DNA from: Octopus sinensis
Lineage: Eukaryota
Assembly: GCF_006345805.1 (NCBI RefSeq)
Contig: NC_042997.1
Span: forward strand, 143,034,001 to 143,098,000
DNA length: 64,000 bases
Reading direction: 5' to 3'
A program made the position numbers and the translations under genes. The notes under the pieces were generated by a model. That model had not been told where the DNA came from and searched no databases. It saw only the letters and a list, made by a program, of their open reading frames with translations. Below, in pieces: positions 12,373 through 24,300 of this stretch; positions within the stretch are counted from its first letter, which is position 1; each line of letters begins with the position of its first letter.

Positions 12373-14351
12373 GGTGTGTAGTATATTAAAAGGAATCTGT
12401 TTTCCTAATTGCTTTGGCATGTTTTACTATGCTAATTACTTCTGCTTTGTGGCTTTAAAGTTACTGTCTTTTCTTTATCATTTACTCCAGTTAGTAGGTT
12501 ATGATATTTATGTTTAAAAGGTACCCATCCTTTGGTTAAAATCTTTTGATTGGTGTGATTTTCTTGAGATTACTTACTCTATAACTTTTTTTATATCTAT
12601 TTCTTCTCATCATTTGTAAATCTATCAATCTTTTACTGCTCTAATTACCCTTTCTTATTCACTAATCTATATTCCAGCTCTGGCATTTCATTCTGATATC
12701 GTTTGTTTCATTATAACTGATTACAACATCAAAAGACCAAGTATATGGACATAGAGACAGCAGAACTATTTGAAATGTAGTCTGTTAAAAAATATGCATG
12801 ATAAAATTAATAGTGCAAAGAATTATTCCATCATTACTCATAATAACTCTTCTATGAGTCAACATTATCGTAGTCTATTAAAAAATATGTAAGATTAAGT
12901 CCAAAGGATTTTTCTAGCTTTACTCATAACTCTTGCACGAACCAACATTATTCCATACAGCACCAATTCTCAGGAAACACATTTGGATTAATTTTATGAC
13001 ATTTGTAGTTCATCATAATATGCATGCGTATGTTTGCACATGTGCATATGCGCAGGTCTGTATGTGAATGTTTTCATAAACTGATGTTCAGAGAATGTAA
13101 TGTGCAGTTGTATGAAGGGAGTGGGACATTGCTAATGAGGTAAAGACTGCATACTAATGGGACAAATGCTGTGGGAAATGGATAGCTGCTGCCAATGTTA
13201 GAAAGACAGATGTTACTCTAAGGAGATACATATAGTAATGGAGTTGTTTTTTGAAGTATTTCTACTTGAAAAATAACTTGACAGATAGATTGAAATGAAT
13301 TCAGTTCCTGAGGAGTAAATTGTAGATTTGTGTATATTAGCTCAGTCTATTTCACATTTCATTACTCAGTTTCCCACCCAGAGACATTCTAAAGACAAGG
13401 CTGGTAAGCAATGAAACATTTGAATAGTACAACAGGAATGGGGATTTGGCTCTTGTGGATTTGGCTCTTTTTGGGTTATAAGTTGTTGAGTCTCTAAAGG
13501 TTCTAAATAAAAAATCTGAACTAATGTTCAAATGTCATCATCAGAACAAATTTTATGATTGAATTACAAAACACTTCAGATTAATCTACAATATATAGAC
13601 TGTCACCCTAACAAAGGTTTATCAAATCACAAACTAGATAAAACCAACCAGATGCCCACAGATCATTCTACATTTGCTACATCATTCAAGTACACCAAAG
13701 CTTTCATCATTAACCATCCTTGATTGAACCTTGGTATGAAACTCTGAGTATTTAACTGTAAAGTGGCCTGGGCTCTGTAATTAAGAAGTTTGCTTTTCAA
13801 CCACATGGTTTCCGGTTCTGTGGCACCTTGGGCAAGTGTTTTCTACTATAGCTTAAGGCTGACCAAATCCTTGTGAGTCAATTTGGTTGATGGAAAATTT
13901 AAAGAAGTGTGTGTGTGTGGGAGTTACATATGTACTGTATGGAGCCACTACAAATGGTGTGTGTTGTCACTTTTTCTGACAACTTGTATGTTCATTTTGA
14001 GCCTTTAAAAAAAAGAAAGAAAATAGTGTTGGCCCATCGTTGACAGAGGTGTATAGTGATTCCATAAATCTTTTATAATAACTCTCAATCATTAATGGAA
14101 GGTGCTTGGAAATAGAACAGCCAGCTGTCACTTGCAAGCAAATATAGTATTAGGAGATTGTGTAAACTGCAAGCATAGACACTCTCTTGACCTCCTCGCC
14201 TTTGACACTGCAGAACAGCCAGCTTGTAACAGCTGGTGAGAGGGTGGACTGCAGCAACCTGAAAACAAATTACATCACTCAAGGGCATAACCTAATAGTT
14301 ATGAGCTGGACACTTTAGCCACTAGATTACGCATATTTTAACTGGTACATG

Positions 14352-14572
14352 CATCATCATCATTTTAATGTCTTCTTTTCCATGCTTGCATTGATTGCAT
14401 GGAGTTTATTGAGGCAAATCTTCTACGGCCAGAATCCCTTCTCTATCACTAACCCATACCTGTTTTCAAGCAGTATAATATTTCTCCATGGTCAGACATA
14501 TTTCGCTGAATATTGGAAATGAAAGACATTCAATTACAACAATCACACAATATCAAGACAAAGAAACATATG

Positions 14573-14632
<60 letters not shown>

Positions 14633-14795
14633 ATAGGCTTTTTTCAGTTTCCATCTACCAAATCCACTCATAAGGCTTTGGTTGGCCCAGGGCTATATGA
14701 GAAGACACTTGCCCAAGGTGGCATGCAGTGGGACTGAACCCAGATCCATGTGGTTGAGAAGCAAATTTCTTCATCACACAGCCACACCTGTGCCT
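14352..14795 (-). mobile_element. tRNA-derived SINE, type A (head, (GT)n, RTE-like tail ending (GAT)n), full length
   Basis: Head ...ccaaggtggcatgcagtgggactgaaccc; tail catcatcatcattttaatgtc; long internal (CA)n at 14575-14630. Confidence 0.85.
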
Positions 14796-15015
14796 ACATC
14801 AATTAAAATATGATTTGGCTATATAGAAATAAACATAGTTATGCTGTGAAGGAAATGAATTAATAGCAAAACGCATTTTTTTTTAGTAATACTAATATTA
14901 AAAACTGTTTTAGTTTATTCTTTTTAGTTATTTTTTAATAAGCTACAATTATATTGAATTTATAATACCACATTAGCAAATTCAATATAATTAGTATTGA
15001 GAGATGGTTCAGTGT

Positions 15016-15201
15016 TTAAAACCCTTTAGCATTCAGATTACTCTATTAAATGCTGTGCTTATTTATTCAAATTGTTTTGAATTAATCATGTATTATCTTA
15101 TAGCTTCAGGATTTTGATGATGCGATTGTTTCTTTTTAAAATGACATCCTAGAGTAGGTGTGAGAAGCTGGATATGTCCAGCTTACATGCTAAAGGCTTA
15201 A
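15016..15201. mobile_element. piggyBac-type MITE (ccctttagc family)
   Basis: ttaaaaccctttagcattc ... gctaaaggcttaa termini; homologous to 40525, 51490 and 61810 copies. Confidence 0.7.
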
Positions 15202-15994
15202 ACTGTATTGCATATTTTATATATTTTTGCTTTACACTCCAACTAATTTGAAGACACATCATCATGAGACGTTGATTTATATTTCCTAATTTTGTTTTCT
15301 GGATTATGCTTAAATGTTTCTCAAGTGGCATCTGTGAAAGAATTCTGGGGAGCTTTGCATAGTAAGGGGCTGTTTTTAATCAAATTTAGTAAAATATAGG
15401 CATGGAATGTATGCTCAGACATGGATGTGTGGTTAAGAATATCACTTTGCAACCACATAGTTTCTGGTTTAGTCCTCCTGCATAACACCTTGGGCAAATG
15501 TCTTCTATAACCCTGGGCTGACCAATGCCTTGTGAGGGAATTTGGTTGATAGAATTTGTTCAAATAAACCTGTCATGGTAGTGCCCCAATGACTGAAACA
15601 AGTAAAAAATTAAAGATGAAAAATATTAAAACAAAAATACAGGGTGGGGCTATGCCACTGGCATATTCAAACTGATAACAACAAAGCATTTATAAAAAAA
15701 AATACCATTCACCATTTCAAAGGCATATTATTATTGAGGTAGCAAGCTGACAGAATTGTCAGCTTGCCAGATAAAATGCATAGTAACGTTTCGTCTGGCT
15801 TTACATTCTGTGTTCAAAGTTGCTGGCCTCATACCAAAATTTGGAATAAGTATTATTTGTATTATTTAATGTCTTATTGGAATTAGGGTAGCAGGGCTTA
15901 CCTGTAAAATATACGGGTTCTGAAAATCATGTAAAGGTTCCATTAAAATATGTTTTGGAAATGCTATCTTTGATTTGCATTCAACATACATAGT

Positions 15995-16395
15995 ATGGCA
16001 GTGTGGTTTAGAAGTTTGCTTTTCAACCATATGGGTTTTGGTTCAGTCCCACAATGTGACTCCTTAGGTGAGTGTCTTCTACTATAGCCCTAGGCCAATA
16101 AAATCCTTTTGAATCGATTTGGTAGACAAAAACTGAAACCTGTTGTATGCATGCGTATGTGCACGTGTGTATACATGTGCGTAAGGAGAGTGTCTCTGTG
16201 TCTTGCCATCACATGATTATTGCAGATGAATGTAATTCATTCCCAATATTCTGTGGAAACATACCTGGCTCTGTGAAAATATTACCTTGCTTGGAGATGA
16301 GTACAAGTTGGTGAGAGGAAGGGCATCCAGTTGTTTGAGAGTCTGCTTTAATAATCTCTGTCTGATCCATGCTAGCATAGAAAAGTGAACCTTAA
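15995..16395 (+). mobile_element. SINE type A
   Basis: Head gtgtggttagaagtttgc..ggttcagtccc; tail gaagggcatccag..catgctagcatagaaaagtg. Confidence 0.75.
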
Positions 16396-16839
16396 AACAA
16401 TAGCAATAATAGTGATAATTTACTTGAAAATCACTGAAATAAATTTTATAATCCTATTGGAATGTTTGATTCTGATGCTAATACAGAGTCTGTGCCTAAT
16501 ATTTAACTGCAGAATATCTGAAAATTTTGATATCATGATTTTAATATTCTCAGATAAGCTGCTGTAATGTCAACAAAATCAATATAGCAATTTCTGTTTT
16601 TTTTTTTTCATATCCTGTAAATTTATGTTTGATCACAAACACAGCTTTGGCAGTTTAACCTGTCTACAGGAAATGAACTAAAAGCCATTATCAAATTAAT
16701 ATTCTTAAATGCATGTTAAAATGATATTTGTACTGTTGTCTAGTGTTTTGTTGTGAACATTTGTTAAATCATGTTTTGGAGCTCTAGCCACTTTCCTACT
16801 TTCCTTTAGAGAGTATCTGATGGTACATGGCTTGGCTCT

Positions 16840-17143
16840 CGCCATCAGTTACAACAAGCATTCCAGTTGAGCCAATTAGTGGAACAGCCTACTCATGAAA
16901 TTAACATGGAAGTGGCTGAGCTCTCCACAGACACACATACCCTTAGCATAGTTCTCAGGGAAATTCAGCATAACACAGAATGTAATAAGACTGGCCTTTT
17001 GAATTCAAGTACAACACCTTTTTGCTAGCTGAGTGGACTGGAACAAGAAAATAGTCTTGCTCAAGGACACAGCACACTGCCAGGAATTGAACCCATGACT
17101 TTACAGTCATTAGCCAAATACCCTAGCCATTAAACCATGCATC
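16840..17143 (-). mobile_element. tRNA-derived SINE, type D (cttgagcaagacact / cagtccactcagct core)
   Basis: Homologous to 18835-19045, 45915-46138 (different tail) and 48790-49075. Confidence 0.75.
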
Positions 17144-17204
17144 TTCTGATGGTATGTGTAACCAACCCTAATAACATGCTTCTGCATAATTTCATTATTT
17201 TCAC

Positions 17205-17610
17205 CATTGTTTTTTAATGCCCACTTTTCCATACTTGCATGGTTCAAACAGAATTTATTGAAGCAGATTTCCTAAAAGGTGCCTCTTTAGTTGCTAACCC
17301 TTACCTGTTTCTAACCGAGGTAATATTTCCCCATGGCCAGACATGTTTTTGCAGAATATTGGAAATGAATGGCACTCATTTACAACAATCGTGCAATGCC
17401 AAATCAAGGAAATGAACATGCACACATGCACACACACACATATATATGATGGGCTTGTTTCAGTTTCCTTCTACCAAATCCACTCACTGAGTTTTAGTCA
17501 GCCTGAGGCTATAGTAGAAGACACTTGCCCAAGATGTCACACAATTGGACTGAACCCAAAATATGTGGTTTCAAAGTAAGCTTTTTAACCACACAGCCAT
17601 GCGTGTGCCT
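17205..17610 (-). mobile_element. SINE type A, full length
   Basis: Same architecture as 14352-14795. Confidence 0.85.
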
Positions 17611-17850
17611 ATGTGGAGATCTGTGATAAATTCATCTCTGACACGTCAAACTCCCTATTAACTTACTTGCGAAATTATAATCAATTTTTCTGCTTGCTTA
17701 GTGTTGCTATGTTTTAAAACCCAATGTGAGGTTTTTTAAAAAAAGAAAACTGATAAAAATGAAACTGTTATTGATTAGTTATATGTGATATTTCTAGTGT
17801 ATTGCTGTTACAAAAATGGTAGTTATTTAAGAAATTAGGCTATTTTATAA

Positions 17851-18377
17851 TACGAGGGTGAGTCAAAAAGTAATGCCATTTTGTTCAGGACAAGTATAAT
17901 TACCAACACAGCAATATGTATCATACATCAAAATGAAGCTGGTCCTCTGTCGATCACATTCCTACTTTTCAACATAGTCACCGTTTCTCTCAGTAGCAAT
18001 GCTCCACCTTTGAATGAGAGCATGTATCCCTGTCCCATAAAATTCTGTTGACTGTTCTTTGAGCCACTTCTTCACTACAGTTTTCACTTCCTTGTCACTG
18101 TGGCGCTGAAGAGACGATAGTCTGAAGGCACTAAATCTGGTGAGTGTGGAAGAAGTGAAGTAGTGACTCAAAGAACAGTCAACAGAATTTTATGGGGCAG
18201 GGTACATGCTCTCATTCGAAGGTGGACATTACTATTGAGAGAAATGGTGACTATGTTGAGAAGTCGGGATGTAATCCACAGGGGACCAGCTTCATTTTGA
18301 TGTATGATACATGTTCCTGTGTTGGCAATTATACCTGTCCTAAACAAGATGGCATTACTTTTTGACTCACCCTTGTA
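17851..18377. mobile_element. Fold-back mariner-derived element (two inverted right ends of a mariner transposase gene)
   Basis: TA-flanked TIR tacgagggtgagtcaaaaagtaatgcc; ~225-bp inverted arms; minus frame SPDLVPSDY and SDKEVKTVVKKWLKEQSTEFYGTGIHALIQRWSIATERNGDYVEK (mariner C-terminus). Confidence 0.9.
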
Positions 18378-18582
18378 AGTGTGTAATCAATATGTATTGT
18401 ATAAGTTGTTTTTAGGCATCAGGTCAACCCTGATCAAGCAGATCTTATTAAAAGTACATCAAGATCTTTTAAGAGTACATCTATAATTTCATTATACAAT
18501 GTGTCCTTTCCCTCTGTAATGATACATTGTGATTTAGGGAGATGTGGCTGTTATTTCTAGCAGATTGAGTAACCATGTACAC

Positions 18583-18767
18583 CAGTGGTTCTCAACCAGG
18601 GTGTCCACATAAAATTTAGTTTAGGTACAATAAATTGGCTATATTTCTACAGTCTGCAAAATATGAGTACAATAAGATTTTCTTAAACATCAAATGAGTA
18701 TAAAAATCCAGTAGGGTTAAATAGGAATCAAAGGGGTCCATAGGCAGAAGGTGGTTGAGAACCACTG
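18583..18767. mobile_element. hAT-type MITE nested in an unclassified repeat
   Basis: Perfect 15-bp TIR cagtggttctcaacc / ggttgagaaccactg; flanks atgtacac / atgtagag (decayed 8-bp TSD). Confidence 0.85.
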
Positions 18768-19803
18768 ATGTAGAGGCTCCCTTATTGGCTCAATTGTGTA
18801 ATACAATCAGGAGCTTAATTGCTGTAAATATGGACATTCTGGCACTCTGCCAGTTATGATGATGAGGGTTCCAGTTGATCTGGCGGATGAAACAGCCTGC
18901 TTGTGAAATTAACTTGCAAGTGGTTGAGCGCTCCACAGACATGTGCACCCTTAACATAGCTCTCAGGGAGATTCAGCATGACACAGTGTAACAATGCTGA
19001 CCCATTGAATTATAGGTACAACTCATTTTTGACAGCTGACTGGGTTCTAAATAATATCCAATTTCTTATATTGATTGAAATGTTTGCTTGATGATAGATG
19101 ACTTTGTTTGATATTTCACCCCACCCCCCTTTCTTTCATATCATCATCATGATGACATTCACTCTTTTGTACTTGCATGGTAGTGATGGAATTTGTTGAG
19201 GTAGATTTTCTACAGCTGGCTGCTCTTCTTGTCACCAAGCAAAGTAATATTTCCCTATAACCAGACATGTTTTTTCATAGAAATTGGGAACAAATAACAC
19301 TGCATGTATGATGAAGATATTTAGTTAAAATCCCCTAAATAATTTCTACTATATGCACAAGATCACAAATTTTATATCAAACCCAGTACTTAATTGGTAT
19401 ATTATTTTATCAACTTCAGAAGAATGAACTAATTGATAGTTTCAAATTTTGACACAAGGCCAGCAAATTCAGGGGAGGGTGTAATTCAATTACACCAACC
19501 CTATTGCTCAACTGGTACTAATTTTATCGACCCTGAAAGGATGAAAGGCAAAGTTGATCAATATACTGCTAAGCATTTTGTCTGTCATTCTAACAATTCT
19601 GCCAGCTGACCACCTTAGTAGTAGTAGTATTTGATGGGGTTTTTAAAAATATATATTGTTTCATTTAATTTCATATTATTGTGGTATAGGTGCGGGTACG
19701 ACTGGTGAAATAAGTATCCGGCTTAAAATAGAATCAACTAAACCTGTCAAGCTGGAGTTCCAGCATGGCTGCAATCCAGTGACTGAAACAAGTAAAAGAT
19801 AAA

Positions 19804-19846
<43 letters not shown>

Positions 19847-19990
19847 TATATAAAATGTGCTTCCTGCAGCTGTAAGGGTTCTTTTTTAGCTCTTATTTCT
19901 AGCTATGTAGGTGCTATCCTGCACCTTCAGTCACAACTAGCGACAACTGAGTTTTTCCATTTTGATTTTATATTGTGTATAACCACCTTT

Positions 19991-19995
<5 letters not shown>

Positions 19996-20062
<67 letters not shown>
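19996..20062. repeat. (TA)n microsatellite
   Basis: Uninterrupted TA run; others at 2786-2831, 19806-19843, 39786-39820. Confidence 0.98.
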
Positions 20063-20068
<6 letters not shown>

Positions 20069-20804
20069 TTTAAAACATGTGTCTAATATACAGAGGACTG
20101 CAACCTTATGGAAATGAATGAAAAATAAACCCAGTGACCTTGGTTTATTGACATATCAGCTCAATACAAATGCTAAATCCTTAGCTTGAGAGGATCTCTG
20201 TATAAATGTCAAAATATATATCTATCACTTGCCTATTTTCTAGTATCCAGAATATAAACCCATTTTTGTATCTACTTAAAAAAAAGAATGCTTTGAAGTA
20301 GATTAAAAAAGAATTGTAGTAAGATCCGTGTCCCTCCCCACTCTTGGATTGTCAATGTTAAGGTTGCTTGCAAAATATAATCTGTCATTAAGTCACATTG
20401 TTGACTTGTATTTAAGTTCACAAAGCTTCATTGGCATTTAAGACTGAAATTGCCTTCTTCACTCTCTGCTAGTCAGTGCATTCATGTTGAATTTGTCATT
20501 GACTTCTCAGTCTTAAGATTGTTATGTTGATTATCATCATCATCATCATCATCATCATCATCGTTTAATGTCCACTTTTCCATGCTTGCATAAGATGGAA
20601 TTTGTTGAGGCAGATTTTCTATGGCCAGATGCCCTTCCAGTTGCCAACCTTCACCTATTCTCAAGCAAGGTCATATTTCCCTATGCACGTTTTTCACAGG
20701 AGACTAGAAATGAAAAACATTGCTTGTATGATGGTGATGCTTGTTTACAGCCATCACAAGTACACCTAAACACACACACACACACAAATATGTATGTAGA
20801 CACA

Positions 20805-21350
20805 GGTGTGGTTGTGTGGTAAGAAGCTTGCTTCCCAATTACATGGTTCCACAGTCAGTCCCACTGCAAAGTACCTTGTGCAAATGTCCTCTACTATAGC
20901 TTTGTGTTGACCAAAGCCTTGTGAGTGGATTTGGTTGGTGGAAACAGAAAGCAGTCCGTTATGTGTCTTTGTCTCCCACCACTGCTTGACAAACAGTGTT
21001 GGTGTGTTTACATCCCCATAACTAAGGAGTTTGGCAAAAGAAGCTGATAGAATAAGTACCAGGCTTAAAATAAGATAAGTACTAGGGTTGACTCATTTAC
21101 ATTAATTACATTGGATTGTTATGTATCCTCATCTTGTTTGTTGTTATCACAATGTTTCAGCTGATTTACTGGAGAGTAAATCAACCAAAACGTGGTAACA
21201 ACAAAAAAGATGAGGACACATATCCGTCCAATGTAAATAATGGACAGAATTCCTCCTCTCTAAAATATAGAACAGTATCGACTCACTTAACAAAAAATTC
21301 TTCAGAAGCACTGCATGGTTATGGTCTAATACCTGACACAAGTGAAATGA
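20805..21350 (+). mobile_element. SINE type B interrupted by a fold-back Penelope-like end (21096-21278)
   Basis: SINE body stops at gggttgactcatt and resumes at tcgactcact..aaaaattcttcag. Confidence 0.65.
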
Positions 21351-24300
21351 TGCATATATACAATGTACTCCTTTTAGTATCTGTCTACACAATCCACTCA
21401 CAAGGCTTTGGTTGGCTCAGGGCTACATTAGAAGACACTTGCCTAAGGTGCCATACCACAAGACGGAACCCAAAGCCATGTGGCCACAAATTGAACCATC
21501 TTAACCACACAGCTATGCCTACAGTTATGATATAGTATCAAAAATGTCATAACTAATTTTCTCATTAATGATTCCCATTAATATAAATAAAGTTCCAAAC
21601 ACTGCCACTTAATGTTAATTATAGTTCATAAATTGCCTTTATAGGAGTTTGGTATTTGGTATTTTCAGAGGTTTGACTGACTAATAAAGTAGTTAACTTG
21701 TGTAGAATGTTTTTATTAGCATAAATCAAGTTTTTAATTAGCTACCAATTAACATAATGTAATATTATTACTGTTATATTCCCCTTTTTTTTTCTGTTTT
21801 AAGGAATTTTAAATGAACTCTCACAAACTGCTGGCAATTTTCCCATTTTTCTACTTTAACAAATTAGTAGTGTTCCAAGATTAATTAAACCAAAATGTTC
21901 TATTTCTAAATATTAAACCTGTTCTTTTTATTTATTATTTATTTTATGGTTTAATCAGAGGCAGAAGAACACTGGTTGTGATTCTTTTGCAGGGCTGCTT
22001 TGCTAAAGAGAGGAATGTCTCAATATCTTCAAACGCAAGATCTACTTTTGTTTTTGTATTTTTTTGCAACAAAGTGGACTTCACTAAAGGCACCTGAGGT
22101 GGTGTTAAACTAGACAAAGAATCCAAGAATGAGTACAAGCAGTTTGGTGATTTTCATCAATACATCTCCTTTCATAAGGTTTGGACCAACTCTCATCTGT
22201 GCTAAAAGACACTTTGACCAAGGTGCCATGTTGTAGGATTGATCTTGAACCCACATGATTCGTCATCATCATCATTTAATGACCATTGTCCATGCTGGCA
22301 TGGGTTGGGTGCTTTGACAGGAGCTGGCCAAGGCCTGTTTTGGTATGGGTTCTGCAGTTAATTGTTCTTCCTAATGCCAACCACTTTACAGAATGTACTG
22401 AGTGTTTCTTATGTGGCACCAGCATGGGTGCTATTATATGTGCTTTATGTGGCACCAGTACTGGTGCATTTCACATGGCACCAACACAGGTGCTTTTACA
22501 TGGCACATGATTATGGAGCAAATTTAACTACATAAACATGGTCGTGACTACATCTGTGTATGTCCTTCTCACCCTTTGACAACTGGTGTTGGTTTGTTTA
22601 TGTCACTGTAACTTAATGGCTTCAGCAAAAGTGACCAATAGAATAAACATCAGACTTTAAAAGAAAAAAAAAATGCTTTGTTCAATTAAACCACCAGCAT
22701 GGCTGCAGTCCAACAAATGAAGCAAATAAAAGGTAAATGGGAATAAATTAAGCCTCATTGAAACTTGCAGTAATTTTTAGATGTTTAAACTATAAAATTA
22801 TCATTTCTTTCTTTTTCTTTTTTTTCTTTTTGTGGATTAATTTTCAGTCAATTTAAATTGTTGAAACATTGAGACCAGACAAAAAAAGTTTGTATTTTAA
22901 ATCTAAACTTGATCCTTTGGTATTGGTAGATGACATCATTCACCCACACAACCTTCCCTCATGACATAGATAAACAGGCTAGGCTGAAAAAGAGGGTGAA
23001 TGATGTTGTCTCCTCATACTGAGACTCTAGAGACCAATACTGAAGAATCACCAGTCTAAACTGGTTACTTGAAGATTATAGTTTTCACTCATAATTATAG
23101 TTCATTTCATCAAGATGGATTAAGATTAATTTGTATTAGGGATATTGAAAACTGAGAAGAGGCCACATGGTGAAGATAAACTTTGTGTAGAGGCATATTA
23201 ATAGCTGAAAGGTGAACCAAAATTATATTAGATGATGTTGAAATGAATGGAGCCATAAGACTTAGCTCCAGGTCAGCCTTGATCCAGTTGACATATGATC
23301 TAAGGTGTTCCAGTTATAATCTTCTCGTGATTTTTCTGATATAGTCTTTATAGGACTATTATCTTATGTAACCTCTCTTTTATTGTGCAAGAGACTAATA
23401 ATTACTAGAGATTTTGTACTTATGTAAAGTGAAAATAAGTATAAAAATTACCCTTAAGGCACCCCCTTCCCCCATTTGGCACACATTCATGCAACCCTTT
23501 CCCACTGTTTAAGGGTTAATGTGTTTCTTGAATCATTGCTAGTAAACACCTGTTGGGAAAAGATATTGGCATGTGGAAGTTACAGAGGGTTGGGTGTTCT
23601 GAGAAGGAAGGACTAAATGTAGGAAGGTGTAGTGGTTAGTGAAAGGTTTGGGGAGTTGGTCACAGATTGAGGAACAGAGACAATTTGGTTGAGAATGCTT
23701 AAGTAGAAGTGGCTTGAGCTCTGGTTCTGTGACAAGCAGTGGCCATTATAGTAGTATAGTGTATGTAGTATTGCAGATTATCTCCGAGTGGTCAGTCCTA
23801 ATCTGGCAGACCTATAATCAAAAGCATTCCAGTCATGACCATTCCTTCTTTTCAGATAAAGTGTAAGCAGGATCACATTATCAACTCCTTTCTTTTCTAA
23901 TGTAGTCAAATGTAATTTGAGGGAGATCTGGGTGCTATTTCTACCAGGGTAAGTGACCCTATAGGGGATCCCTCAGTGGGTGGCACATGTCAGTTTAATG
24001 TATATTCACAAGCAGTGTAGAATTGACATATTATACTGGAGGAATGTAAATATGTGAAGTGGACTGCTTTATGTATAGCAACCAATGCTATTTCTCTAGG
24101 AATGAAGAATAGGTGAGACTCCTGAAATTGACATTTAATACAAACATCAAAAAATCTATTAACTGCTCCACTGATCCTAAGATAACTTTCAAGTGACAAA
24201 CAATATGAACTTGTATTAGTAAGTTGTCCCTCTTGCCTTTCTTGAGCAGAATTATCAAGTTTGTGGGTATTTTCTTCACTATGAAATGTCATCTTAAAAT

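Noticed and set aside
13382-13403. 22-nt micro-exon with good acceptor and CTG|gtaagc donor
   Set aside because: Not frame-preserving and has no coding link to SUCO; cannot be distinguished from chance without RNA data.
14700-14795. tRNA genes
   Set aside because: The A/B-box-like segments are SINE heads. They recur with SINE bodies and I could not form a complete cloverleaf.
20482-20664. Poly-Asp / poly-His-Thr ORFs (also 14488-14737, 26396-26602, 27418-27618)
   Set aside because: Translations of (GAT)n and (CA)n microsatellites in retroelement tails.
21944-22138. Unique-looking segment with hydrophobic plus-strand frame (GRRTLVVILLQGCFA) as SUCO leader
   Set aside because: No in-frame ATG and no phase-2 donor; the minus-strand ORF has no recognisable homology.
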